From Candidatus Latescibacterota bacterium (GTDB taxonomy: Bacteria > Latescibacterota > UBA2968 > UBA8231): a DNA stretch of 64,000 nt. The notes beneath the pieces were generated by a model. The model ran no database searches, was not told the origin of the DNA, and saw nothing but the letters and a program-made list of their open reading frames with translations. The DNA lies in the NCBI GenBank assembly GCA_009691525.1, contig SICG01000001.1, forward strand, positions 791-64,790, read 5' to 3'. Every line of letters starts with the position of its first letter. The first letter of the stretch is position 1. The translations under genes and the position numbers were made by a program. Of the stretch, positions 18,279-27,579 are shown in pieces.

Positions 18279-19226
18279 TCACCCGGTGGGGGCCGGAGTG
18301 CGCTCCAGCGCCTGGCGCACAGCTGCCTCTTGGGCTGCCGCGATCTCCAGGAATCGGCGCACGATCGCCTTGCCTGCCTCGGGGGCCTGCCGGGCCTCTT
18401 CCTCGACGGGGATCAGGCGGGCGAACTTCACCAGATCGGCGGCGCTGAGGAAAGACTCGATCTGTGCCACCAGGACGGCATCACAGCGGCTGGCCTTGAG
18501 GGTCTGGGAGATCTCTTCGGTGGTCTGCTCCATGGCCACGATGCCCAGTTGATCCTCGAGGAAACGGCGCAGGGTTTCCGCCAGCAGCGAGTAGTAGACC
18601 TTGGTCCCGTCCCGCTCCAAAAGCCCCATGGCGGCGATGCGGTTGAATTCGGTCAGGTAGTCCTTGGGAGGTGGTGGTGGTGATGGAAGGCCGGGGCACT
18701 GCCGGCGCTGCATCCACCAGTACCAGCCCCCGGCCAGCGCCAGGGCGACCAGCCCTCCCGCTAGTCCCCAGGCCCAGGCCGGCAGGCCGCCGCCCAGCTC
18801 TACCGGATCCTTGATGTCGCGCAGGACCTCATCCCCCTCCTGCCGCACCTTGAGCACCTCGACCTGCAGCGGTGCGGTAACTAGTTTGAGGGTATCCCCC
18901 TGGACGAAGCCGATTTCCAGTGGGGGGATCTGATACGACCCAGGTTGATAGAGCCGCAGCTCGTAGCGCCGCAGCTCCTCCATGCCCCCCCCGGCGGCCA
19001 CCGGCGGGGACGGGGTCTCAGGGCGCACGGAAAAGTCTTTCAACAGGGAGGGCAATGCCGGCACCAGCACTTCGGTGCCCTGGTCATAGTGCAGGCGCAG
19101 TTCCAAGTGCAAGGGATCGCCCACCCGCACCTGGGCGGTGTCCAACCTGGCTTCCACGGCCGGTGTCGCCCAGGCCGGCAGTGCTGCGGCCAGCCAGAGG
19201 ATGGTCAGGTGCTGCCAGCCCATCAC
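18279..19226 (-). CDS. Short BatD-like / DUF4381-like membrane protein
   Basis: Signal peptide (LTILWLAAALPAWA), a small ectodomain, a TM (WAWGLAGGLVALALAGGWYWW), a PPPPPKDY linker and a helical tail with LSAADLVKFARLIP, which resembles the batD tail. It sits in the DUF4381 slot upstream of batA. The start overlaps the upstream gene's stop (GTGATG). Confidence 0.6.
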   Translation of the reverse strand: MMGWQHLTILWLAAALPAWATPAVEARLDTAQVRVGDPLHLELRLHYDQGTEVLVPALPSLLKDFSVRPETPSPPVAAGGGMEELRRYELRLYQPGSYQIPPLEIGFVQGDTLKLVTAPLQVEVLKVRQEGDEVLRDIKDPVELGGGLPAWAWGLAGGLVALALAGGWYWWMQRRQCPGLPSPPPPPKDYLTEFNRIAAMGLLERDGTKVYYSLLAETLRRFLEDQLGIVAMEQTTEEISQTLKASRCDAVLVAQIESFLSAADLVKFARLIPVEEEARQAPEAGKAIVRRFLEIAAAQEAAVRQALERTPAPTG

Positions 19227-20608
19227 TGCCCTGTATGGACAGAGTCCGCCGCGGCTCCCTGGACCACGTCCTGAAGTTGCAGGTCCAAGTCCTTGAGCAC
19301 CGACCCCGCCACCCGGTACACCGCCTGCGCCCCCCCTTTGCTCAGATAGACTTGGGAGGCTTTTTCGCCCAGCTTCACCTCTAATGCGGCCTTGCCGCCG
19401 GCTTGGAGCACCAAGCGCAGGCGCGGGGTGTCGAGGCCGTACGGCCGCAGATCACTCACCGCCTCGCCGACAAACTGCTCGACCTTCACCTCTTCGAGCT
19501 GGCTGAGCAGGTTGCTGAACTTCCACGATTTGGCCGGACCGCGCTGGGGGGCGACCAGCGACCAGACCCCGGCCGTGTCCTTGGCAGCGGCCAGCAGTTG
19601 GCCGGGCCGCTGCAGTTCGATATGGTCCACCTGGTCGCGGGCGAATTTCAGCGGCTGCTTGTCCCGCAGGTCGAACATGGTCTTGCTCAATTGCTTGACC
19701 AGCGAGGAGTCGACAGTGAACACCGCCATCCGGCTGGGGTCCTGGGCGTAATAGGTCCCCTCCGGGGCCTGAGCGCCCACCCGCAGACGTTTTTCGGCCC
19801 GCTCTTCGCCCAACAGCAGCGATACCTCCAAGGTCGGCGTGTTGAGCCCATACGAGGCGGCCCCCGCCGCCGTTCCGGGCACAAAAGCCTTGGTCTGGGC
19901 CTGGTGCAATTGGTCTAACAACCCGTCCACCGCCCCCTGGTCAGCCGGGGCTGCCACTGGCGCGACCAGGCGCCAACCTTCCTCCTTGCTCAGGGACAGG
20001 GTGCCCTGGGGCTGGATCAGGCGCAGTTCGCGCACCTTCTCCTTCTCAAAGGCCAGCACCCGGCGGTCGCGCAGGTCAAAGACCCCCTTGTCGAGATTGT
20101 CGAAGCGCCAGGCCTGCACTGTGAAGATCTCGGGGTTAGTGCCGCGCTGCTGCACGTAGACGAAGCGCTGGGTCGGGCTGTCGGCCCCCCACCAGATGGT
20201 ATCGGTGCTGCCGGTAGCCGTCTCGACTACCACCTTCAGACGCGGGGCGTGCAGCCGGTACTTCTGGGCCACCGCTGGATTGTCCCGCACCCGGTCGGCC
20301 TCCTCGACCACCTTGTCCCGCTCAACTTCGCGCAGGTTGCGCAGGTAGCGGTCCACCGCCTCCTGGTCGGCCTCACACGCCACCGGCGCTTTGATCATCC
20401 AGCGGTCCGCGACCTTTTCGATGACGACCAGGGTGTCGATGCGGTCGATGGTCAACCGCTTCGCTTCGCCTTCGGCAAAGTCCACCAGTTTCTTGGTCTT
20501 GTCCGACTCGGCCCGACGGTCCTCGCCGCCGCGGATCTCGTAGAAATAAACAAAGGCCAGCAGGGCCGCGAAGAGGACCCCAATCACTATGTTGGTCTTC
20601 AGACGCAT
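19223..20608 (-). CDS. DUF4340-like protein (usual partner of GldG-type ABC auxiliary proteins)
   Basis: N-terminal anchor MRLKTNIVIGVLFAALLAFVYFY, then repeated beta-rich modules. It lies directly downstream of the GldG-like gene, as is typical for this family. The call is by resemblance and context. Confidence 0.65.
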   Translation of the reverse strand: MRLKTNIVIGVLFAALLAFVYFYEIRGGEDRRAESDKTKKLVDFAEGEAKRLTIDRIDTLVVIEKVADRWMIKAPVACEADQEAVDRYLRNLREVERDKVVEEADRVRDNPAVAQKYRLHAPRLKVVVETATGSTDTIWWGADSPTQRFVYVQQRGTNPEIFTVQAWRFDNLDKGVFDLRDRRVLAFEKEKVRELRLIQPQGTLSLSKEEGWRLVAPVAAPADQGAVDGLLDQLHQAQTKAFVPGTAAGAASYGLNTPTLEVSLLLGEERAEKRLRVGAQAPEGTYYAQDPSRMAVFTVDSSLVKQLSKTMFDLRDKQPLKFARDQVDHIELQRPGQLLAAAKDTAGVWSLVAPQRGPAKSWKFSNLLSQLEEVKVEQFVGEAVSDLRPYGLDTPRLRLVLQAGGKAALEVKLGEKASQVYLSKGGAQAVYRVAGSVLKDLDLQLQDVVQGAAADSVHTGQ

Positions 20609-20611
20609 CGT

Positions 20612-23600
20612 CTATCCCTCCCGCTCGCCGCCAAAGGCTTTCTTGATCCAGACCAAAATGCAGATATTGGCCACCGACAGGGCGGCAAAAAGCAACTGAA
20701 TGGCCTCGACGGGCATGGCTACAAAGCCGACCGCCACATTGACCACCGCCAGCCCCAGGGCCAGGATCCAGGCCTGCCGCTGGCGTCGGAACAACCCGTA
20801 ACTGACCGCCCCGCACCAGAGGGCCAGCAGCAAAAATCCCTGGCCGCGCGGCGCGCTGGCCTCGCTTAGGCCGATGACCCCTTGGATGAAGTAGAAGATC
20901 GCCACGCCGATGAAGCTGTACATCAGCCAGGAAATGAACCCCGAAGCGTAGGTCTGGTAACCGCGGCGCAGCATCATCAGAATTCCGGACAGGGCCACGG
21001 CAAAAGGCAGAATGAAGACCGAGACCCACAACACTACCGCGCCCTGGTTGCCGATCAGATTGATAGGATTGAAGGGCGGCTCCTTGAGCGGGATGTTGAG
21101 CCGGTCCTCCCCTTCGCTGAGCCAGGAGATGCTGCTGGCCAGCAATTCGCCGTTGGCCTGTTGGCCAAAGTACTGGTTGCTGGCAAAATCGGCATCGCCA
21201 AAGATCACCAGCCGGGTCTTTTCCTGGGAGTGGGCGCTACTGTCGGCTGCCGACCTCACCGCCACCCCCAGCGACAGAGGGCCTTGTTTGTCCACGGCCG
21301 GATCAAACTCTACCTGCCCTCCCCCTGCTCCGGTGATCGGCCCCAGGTCGGTCTCCCCCCAACTGCTGCGGTGGGTGAAAACCAGGGGCGTCTGGTCGGG
21401 GCTGGTGCGACCGGCCAGCGACACCGACCGGGCCAGGGGATAGAAACTCATGGTGCCCTGGGCAAGGCGGCCGGTGATCGGGTGCTCGCCGTATTGTACC
21501 ACTACCGGCACCGACACATCGGCCCCCAGCATCTGGCCGATGCCGCTGAGATCCACGACGAAGTTCTGGCCCAGATCCACCCCGTACTCGTAGAGCAGGC
21601 CCTCCAAGCCGGTGGGCGGCCCCGGGTCGAGCAGGAAGAGGGCGCTGTGCCCCTGTTTCAGATAGGCACGCAGCACCTGGGCCTCAGTCGGCGAGAAGGG
21701 CTGCTTGGGGCCCACCACCGCCAGCAGGGTGGCGTCGTCTGGCACGCTGCCCCCCGCCAGACTCAACCCCTCCTCCATCTGGAAGTTCATCTCCTTGAGC
21801 CGGCCCCCCAGGATGCTGAAACCCTTGCCATCCACCTGGGCCAGCTGGCCTTCCTGGTGCCCTCCGGTAAAATAGACCTTGTGCTGCTCAGCTTTCATGG
21901 CGCGCTGAATCGCATTGCTAAGCGCCTCCTCGCTCTGGGCGGTGATCTTCTCGGTGCGCACCTTGCCCTCGCCGCTGACCTCCACCACCGAAGTGCCCCG
22001 GTCCCGCACCCCGTACTGTTTGGCCTCCAGGGTGTGTTTCTGGGGATCGAGCACCTCGTATTCAAAGTGTTTGGAGGCGTATTTATACTGGTCCATGACG
22101 TCCTGGAAACGCAAGCCCTCGGTCTTGGCCATGAAGGTCTTGACCGAGACGTAGCGGTTCTGGTCCTCCACCTGGTCCAGCAGCCGGTGGGTGTCATCCG
22201 AGAGGGTAAAGAGCTTGTCGGCACTCAGGTCGAAGCGGACGTGGTAGCGGTCGCCGATGAAATTGAGCAACCCCACCACCCCCAGCGAAAGCACAATACC
22301 CAGGCCGGCGGCGCTCAATTCCTTCAGGTTCCACCGCCCCTTGCGCGAGACCACGGCGATGCCAGCCACCGCCACCGCCAGGGGATAGAGCACCACCGTC
22401 AGCCAGAAGATAAAATCCGACTGGCCCTCGGTCAGGGCGATGGGGCTGTACCCCGGCTCGCGGGGCCGGATCGAAATGAGATGTTCGTCCTCAGCCAGCC
22501 AACTGGCCGCGTTGAGGGTCAGATCGCCGTTGCCCTGCAGGTCAAAGTAGCGGTTGCTGGCAAAGTCCCCGTCGCCAAAGACCACCACCCTGCCGCCGCC
22601 CTGGCCGGCGTCGACGGCCGCGGCCAGGGAGATGGGACCGGGCTTGTCGACGCCCTCGTCCATCTTCACCGTTTTGTTGCCCTTGGCCTGCAGCACCCCG
22701 AGGTCGGTTTCGGCCCAACCCTGTTCGCTGGTCTTGACCAGATCGGTCCCGCTAAGCCCGGGCCGCTCGCTGTAGTGTACCGACCGGCACAGCTCGAAGA
22801 AGGTCATCAGCCCGCGGTGCTTGCGCGTGACCGGATGGTCTCCGTACTCCACGGCGACCGGGCTGGTGTAATCGAGGCCGAAGAGGCTGCCCAACCCGCT
22901 GGTGTCGATAACAAAGTCGTCGCCCATCTCGACCCCCCACTCACCCAACAAGCCCTCCAGGCCGGTCTGGTAGGGTGGATCTAACAGGATTAAGACGGCC
23001 CCGCCGCCCTTGAGATACCGGCGCACCGCTTCGATCTCGTTGCTCAAGAATGGGGTCTTCGGCGAGAGGACCATCAGCAGGGCGCAGTCGGCAGGCACCA
23101 TGCCGCTGCGGGCCAGGAAGAGGGAGTCCTGCACCGAATAATTGAACTCCTGCAACCGACCCTTGAGCCGGCTATAGCCCTGCTCGCCGGCCTCGGTGCC
23201 GCCCTCCCCGTGGCCCACGCTCAGGTAGACCTTTTCCTGGTTGTCGCTGCCCAGCTTGAGCAGGGCGCTGGTGAGTTCCTTCTCGTTGAGTTCGGTGAGC
23301 TTCTGCTGCTTTTGGCCGCTCTCCAGCACCAAGGTGTTGTAGTTGCGCACCCCATATTCTTTGGTGCGGTCGGGATCGCGGTCGGGATCGATGAATTCGT
23401 AGCTGAACTGGCTGCCGTGACTGGCGTACTCTTTGAGCAATCCCTCGAGGGCCTCGTCCTTGCCCTGGTCCATGAAGGCCAGGGCACGCACCTCGGAGGG
23501 CAGCCCCTGCAAGGTCTCGATGGTCAGGTCGGCCAGGCTGTGTAATTTGCCAGCGGTCAGGTCGAGACGCTCGTGATAGCGGGTCCCGAGAAAGTTGACC

Positions 23601-23830
23601 ATCACCACGATACCCAACACCATCAGGCTGCCCCAGAAGGCGTTCAACCAGCGGCCGTACTGGCGGAAGAGCTCGGGGTTGAACAGCCCGGCCAGCACCA
23701 CCAGCGCCAGGCCCGCCCCCAGATTGGCCAGGGCCAAGGTGCCCGACTCGGGGCCGAGCAGATAGGCCAGGCCGCCGGCCAGAGCCAGGGCCGCGCCGGC
23801 CAGGCTGAGCGGTACGCTGAACCTCTTCAT
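20612..23830 (-). CDS. GldG-like ABC-transporter auxiliary protein, tandemly duplicated, with an extra C-terminal polytopic segment (1072 aa)
   Basis: There are two homologous modules. Module 1 begins RYHERLDLTAGKLHSLADLTIETL...VYLSVGHGEG, and module 2 begins DRYHVRFDLSADKLFTLSDDTHRL...VYFTGGHQEG. Each is bracketed by TM segments, and the last roughly 130 aa are hydrophobic. Confidence 0.8.
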   Translation of the reverse strand: MKRFSVPLSLAGAALALAGGLAYLLGPESGTLALANLGAGLALVVLAGLFNPELFRQYGRWLNAFWGSLMVLGIVVMVNFLGTRYHERLDLTAGKLHSLADLTIETLQGLPSEVRALAFMDQGKDEALEGLLKEYASHGSQFSYEFIDPDRDPDRTKEYGVRNYNTLVLESGQKQQKLTELNEKELTSALLKLGSDNQEKVYLSVGHGEGGTEAGEQGYSRLKGRLQEFNYSVQDSLFLARSGMVPADCALLMVLSPKTPFLSNEIEAVRRYLKGGGAVLILLDPPYQTGLEGLLGEWGVEMGDDFVIDTSGLGSLFGLDYTSPVAVEYGDHPVTRKHRGLMTFFELCRSVHYSERPGLSGTDLVKTSEQGWAETDLGVLQAKGNKTVKMDEGVDKPGPISLAAAVDAGQGGGRVVVFGDGDFASNRYFDLQGNGDLTLNAASWLAEDEHLISIRPREPGYSPIALTEGQSDFIFWLTVVLYPLAVAVAGIAVVSRKGRWNLKELSAAGLGIVLSLGVVGLLNFIGDRYHVRFDLSADKLFTLSDDTHRLLDQVEDQNRYVSVKTFMAKTEGLRFQDVMDQYKYASKHFEYEVLDPQKHTLEAKQYGVRDRGTSVVEVSGEGKVRTEKITAQSEEALSNAIQRAMKAEQHKVYFTGGHQEGQLAQVDGKGFSILGGRLKEMNFQMEEGLSLAGGSVPDDATLLAVVGPKQPFSPTEAQVLRAYLKQGHSALFLLDPGPPTGLEGLLYEYGVDLGQNFVVDLSGIGQMLGADVSVPVVVQYGEHPITGRLAQGTMSFYPLARSVSLAGRTSPDQTPLVFTHRSSWGETDLGPITGAGGGQVEFDPAVDKQGPLSLGVAVRSAADSSAHSQEKTRLVIFGDADFASNQYFGQQANGELLASSISWLSEGEDRLNIPLKEPPFNPINLIGNQGAVVLWVSVFILPFAVALSGILMMLRRGYQTYASGFISWLMYSFIGVAIFYFIQGVIGLSEASAPRGQGFLLLALWCGAVSYGLFRRQRQAWILALGLAVVNVAVGFVAMPVEAIQLLFAALSVANICILVWIKKAFGGEREG

Positions 23831-23831
23831 C

Positions 23832-24611
23832 CTAGCGCCTCCATCTGCGCGACTCGAGCACCCGGCTGGTGATGAACAGGGTGAAGAAGATGAAGCTCAG
23901 AAAAAAGACCACGTCCTTGGTGTCGATCACCCCCCGTTGAAAATCCTTGAGATGCTCGATAATCGAGACGTATTGAAGAATCTTGGCCGCCGTGGGGCCG
24001 GCGAAGCTGGCCGACCAGTCGATCAGCCACAGCAGCAGCAACATGCCAAAACCCAGCAGCACCGCCACGATCTGGTTCTCCGTGAGGGACGAGGCCAGCA
24101 GGCCCACCCCGATGAAGGTGCCACCCAAGAGCAGGTAGCCGAAATAGGCCGAGAAGATGGGCCCCCAGTCCGGGCTGCCGTACATCGCCAGGATGACGCA
24201 GTAGATTCCGGTCAGGGCGACAATCATGGTGTAGAGGGTCAGGCAGGCGAAGAATTTGCCCAGCAGGATCTCGATGGTGGAGATGGGCGAGGTCATCAGC
24301 AGCTCGATGGTGCCATTTTTCTTTTCCTCGGCGATCAGCCTCATGGTCAGCATGGGGACCACCAAGAGCCAAATGAAATCCATCACCGAAAAGAACTGGG
24401 AGACTACCATCTCGTTGAGGTTGAGGCTGGGCATCTCCCCGCCCATCTGTGCCCGCTGCCCGAACTGCAGGCACCAGAAATTGAACTGCATCAGGATATT
24501 GCGGAACAAATAACCCGAGAGGAAGAGAAAGACCCCGGCGATGACATAAGCCACCGGCGAGACAAAGTAGGAACGCAGTTCCTTGGTATAGATGGCGAGA
24601 AAATTGCGCAT
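23832..24611 (-). CDS. ABC-2 type transporter permease (GldF-like)
   Basis: MRNFLAIYTKELRSYFVSPVAYVIAGVFLFLSGYLF is a typical ABC-2 permease N-terminus, and about 6 TMs follow. The start overlaps the ATPase stop (TGATG). Confidence 0.85.
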   Translation of the reverse strand: MRNFLAIYTKELRSYFVSPVAYVIAGVFLFLSGYLFRNILMQFNFWCLQFGQRAQMGGEMPSLNLNEMVVSQFFSVMDFIWLLVVPMLTMRLIAEEKKNGTIELLMTSPISTIEILLGKFFACLTLYTMIVALTGIYCVILAMYGSPDWGPIFSAYFGYLLLGGTFIGVGLLASSLTENQIVAVLLGFGMLLLLWLIDWSASFAGPTAAKILQYVSIIEHLKDFQRGVIDTKDVVFFLSFIFFTLFITSRVLESRRWRR

Positions 24612-25555
24612 CAGGCCTTCACCTCCTCAGTCACCAGCTTCAGGAAGATATCTTCGAGGGTCATTTCGAGGGCGCGCAGTTCGCGCAGCCCCAGTCCGCT
24701 GTCCACCACCCGCCGGGCCACCAGATCGCGCACATCGCGGCCGGGGATGGCGGTGATGATGTAGATCAGTTCATCGGCCGTGCGCCCGGCCTCGCTGACC
24801 ACCTCCAACACCCCGTCGATGCTGCGCAGGAGCTGTTGCACCTGCGCCGGCGGGCCGGCGATCGTCGCGCGCAGCACCTCGCCCTCTTTCAGCTGGGCCA
24901 TCAGGCTCTGGGGTGTGCCCTCGCCGACGATGCGCCCATGGTTGATGATCACCACCTTCTCGCAGGTCATGCTCACCTCGGGAAGGATGTGGGTGCTGAG
25001 GATGATGGTGTGTTCCCCGCCCAAACCCTTGATCACCTGGCGGATCTCAATGATCTGCTTGGGGTCCAGGCCCACGGTCGGCTCGTCGAGGATGAGCACC
25101 TCGGGATTGTGTACCAGGGCCTGGGCCAGGCCCACCCGCTGCCGATACCCTTTGGACAGATGGCCGATGGTCGAGCCCTGCACGTGCGCGACCCCGGTCT
25201 TTTCCATGGTGTCGTCGATGCGCCCGTTGAGCTGGGCATTGGGCACCCCTTTGATCTTGGCGACAAAACGCAGATAGCCCCGCACCGTCATGTCGGCGTA
25301 GACCGGGGGCAGTTCGGGCAGGTAGCCGATGCGACGGCGCGCCTCCAGCGACTGCTCGACCACGTCGTACCCGGCCACCTTGGCCGAGCCCGAGGTGGGG
25401 GGCAGGTAGCAGGTGAGCATCCGCATGGTGGTGGTTTTGCCGGCGCCGTTGGGGCCCAGAAAGCCGAGAATTTCGCCCTTTTCGGCCTTGAAGGAGATCT
25501 GCTCCACCGCCGCCACGTCTCCGTAGTACTTCGATAGTTCCCGTACTTCGATCAC
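24611..25555 (-). CDS. ABC transporter ATP-binding protein (GldA-like)
   Basis: Walker A GPNGAGKTT, signature LSKGYRQRV, Walker B ILILDEPTVGLD. The GTG start overlaps the DUF58 stop (GTGA). Confidence 0.93.
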   Translation of the reverse strand: MIEVRELSKYYGDVAAVEQISFKAEKGEILGFLGPNGAGKTTTMRMLTCYLPPTSGSAKVAGYDVVEQSLEARRRIGYLPELPPVYADMTVRGYLRFVAKIKGVPNAQLNGRIDDTMEKTGVAHVQGSTIGHLSKGYRQRVGLAQALVHNPEVLILDEPTVGLDPKQIIEIRQVIKGLGGEHTIILSTHILPEVSMTCEKVVIINHGRIVGEGTPQSLMAQLKEGEVLRATIAGPPAQVQQLLRSIDGVLEVVSEAGRTADELIYIITAIPGRDVRDLVARRVVDSGLGLRELRALEMTLEDIFLKLVTEEVKA

Positions 25556-26457
25556 CGGGGCTTCTCCTTGGGTTTGCGCCCGCGACTGCGCCGCAGCCGG
25601 GCCTGGAAGAACTGGATGAGGGGCTCCATGTAGGATCTAGAGATGTCGATACTGATGGCGTCGATGCCCTGCTGGCGGAAGAACTCGGCCCGCTTGGCAT
25701 CTTCCTCGCGCCGGCGGGCGGCAAAGTAGCGCCGCAACTTGGGGCTGCCAGTATCCACCAGGGTCTGGGTCCCGCGTTCGGCATCGTAAAGCGAGACAAA
25801 ACCCACCGCCGGCAGCTGCCTTTCGCGCGGGTCATTCAAAGTGATGGCTACCAGGTCGTGCCGGCGCCCCACCAGCTGCAAAGCCCGTTCGTATCCACTG
25901 TCGAGAAAATCGGAGATCAGGAAGACCACGCTGCGCCGGTGCAGCAGCCGGCCGAGGTATTCGAGGGCGACGCGCAGGGAAGTCCTCTTCTTGCGCGGTT
26001 GGAAATAGAGCAGCTCGCGGATGACGCGCAACACGTGCCGGCGGCCCTTCTTGGGGGGGACAAAGACCTCGGCCTCGTCGGTGAAGATCAGCAGACCGAC
26101 CCGGTCGTTGTTCTTGATGGCGGCAAAGGCCAACACGGCCGACAGCTCCACCCCTACTTCACCCTTCATCCGTTTCCCGGAGCCAAAATCCCCCGAAGCG
26201 CTGGCGTCCACCGCCAGCATCACCGTCAGTTCGCGCTCCTCCTCGAAGACTTTAACAAAAGGAGCACCGGCCCGCGCGGTGACGTTCCAATCGATGTTGC
26301 GGACCTCGTCCCCCTGTTGGTACTCGCGCACCTCGGCAAATTCCATACCCCGCCCCTTGAAGGCGGAGTGATACTCGCCGGCAAAAAGGGTGTCCACCAG
26401 ACTGCGGGTCTGGATCTCGATGCGGTGTACCTGCTTGAGGATCTCCTTGGGGATCAC
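25552..26457 (-). CDS. DUF58-family protein (MoxR-associated, VWA-like)
   Basis: EYHSAFKGRGMEFAEVREYQQGDEVRNIDWNVTAR followed by MLAVDASASGDFGS is typical of DUF58. It lies immediately downstream of moxR. Confidence 0.85.
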   Translation of the reverse strand: MIPKEILKQVHRIEIQTRSLVDTLFAGEYHSAFKGRGMEFAEVREYQQGDEVRNIDWNVTARAGAPFVKVFEEERELTVMLAVDASASGDFGSGKRMKGEVGVELSAVLAFAAIKNNDRVGLLIFTDEAEVFVPPKKGRRHVLRVIRELLYFQPRKKRTSLRVALEYLGRLLHRRSVVFLISDFLDSGYERALQLVGRRHDLVAITLNDPRERQLPAVGFVSLYDAERGTQTLVDTGSPKLRRYFAARRREEDAKRAEFFRQQGIDAISIDISRSYMEPLIQFFQARLRRSRGRKPKEKPR

Positions 26458-26463
26458 GGCGGC

Positions 26464-27462
26464 TCAGGGCACTTCGATATGGTCAAAGAGTTGCTGGACA
26501 ATGTGTTCGGAGTCGATTTCCTCGGCCTCAGCCTCGTAGCTGACGGCGATGCGGTGGCGCAACACGTCAGCGCCCACCGCCTTGACGTCCTCGGGCGTCA
26601 CGTACCCGCGCCGGCGCACAAAGGCATGGGCCCGGGCCGCCCGCGCCAGATAGAGGGTGGCCCGTGGCGAAGACCCGTATTCGATCAGGCCGACCAGGGA
26701 TTCCAGGCCCGCCGCGGCGGGAAAACGGGTGGCATGGACCAGGTCGACGATGTAACTCTTGATTTTGTCATCCATGTAGACCAGGGAGAGGGCCTGCCGC
26801 AGCCGGCGCATGTCCTCTAGGCCGGCCACCGCTTCGACTTCGATCGGGCGCTCGTCGGCCATACGCTCGAGGATCTGGCGCTCCTCTTCCTTGCTGGGGT
26901 AACCCACCTTCACCTTGAGCATGAAGCGGTCCACCTGTGCTTCGGGCAAGGGATAGGTGCCTTCCTGTTCGATGGGGTTCTGGGTGGCCATCACCAGAAA
27001 GGGGTCACCCAGGGGATAAGTCTCATCGCCGATGGTCACCTGGCGCTCCTGCATGGCTTCCAGCAGGGCGCTCTGCACCTTGGCCGGGGCGCGGTTGATC
27101 TCGTCTGCCAGGACCAGGTTGGCAAAGATCGGCCCCTTTTTGGGGATGAACTCACCCGAACGCTGGTTGTAGATCAGGGTGCCGGTCAGGTCAGCGGGCA
27201 GGAGATCGGGGGTGAACTGGATGCGCTTGAAACTGCCCTGAATGATGCGGGCCAGGGTGCGCACGGTCAGGGTCTTGGCCAGTCCGGGTACCCCCTCCAG
27301 CAACACATGCCCACCACAGAGCAGGCCGATGAGCAGGCGCTCAATCATATAGCGCTGGCCGACAATGACCCGGTCCATCTCTTGTAAGATTCGGTCGATC
27401 AGCACACTTTCCTGCTGGACCCGCTCGTTGATCGCCTGAATATCTAGAGCTCGCATTGTCAC
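26464..27462 (-). CDS. moxR: MoxR-family AAA+ ATPase
   Basis: HVLLEGVPGLAKT (Walker A), LADEINRAPAKVQSALLEAMQE (Walker B region) and FLVMATQNPIEQEGTYPLPEAQVDRF. ATG 27456 is an alternative to GTG 27462. Confidence 0.93.
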   Translation of the reverse strand: MTMRALDIQAINERVQQESVLIDRILQEMDRVIVGQRYMIERLLIGLLCGGHVLLEGVPGLAKTLTVRTLARIIQGSFKRIQFTPDLLPADLTGTLIYNQRSGEFIPKKGPIFANLVLADEINRAPAKVQSALLEAMQERQVTIGDETYPLGDPFLVMATQNPIEQEGTYPLPEAQVDRFMLKVKVGYPSKEEERQILERMADERPIEVEAVAGLEDMRRLRQALSLVYMDDKIKSYIVDLVHATRFPAAAGLESLVGLIEYGSSPRATLYLARAARAHAFVRRRGYVTPEDVKAVGADVLRHRIAVSYEAEAEEIDSEHIVQQLFDHIEVP

Positions 27463-27579
27463 TCGCTAGCGCAGAATACCAAAGGGGAAAAAAAGACCGG
27501 GATAAGAAGGCCGTCACGCCCCGAAAACAGGCATCGCCCTCCGCAGCAACTCTAGCTGGAGAATACTGCGGGATGGGGC

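Noticed and set aside
20882-22984. 700-aa plus-strand ORF antisense to the GldG-like gene
   Set aside because: Its low-complexity Gly/Ala/His/Leu/Pro/Arg-rich composition is typical of antisense frames in high-GC DNA. The minus-strand product has clear family features and operon context.
27463-27579. Search for a sigma-54 (-24 GG / -12 GC) or sigma-70 promoter and a terminator in the spacer upstream of moxR
   Set aside because: TTGGTATTCTGCG has only 6 nt between its GG and GC, where 10 are required. The two TATTCT boxes lack -35 partners at legal spacing. The T7 run is not preceded by a clean hairpin, so no call was made.
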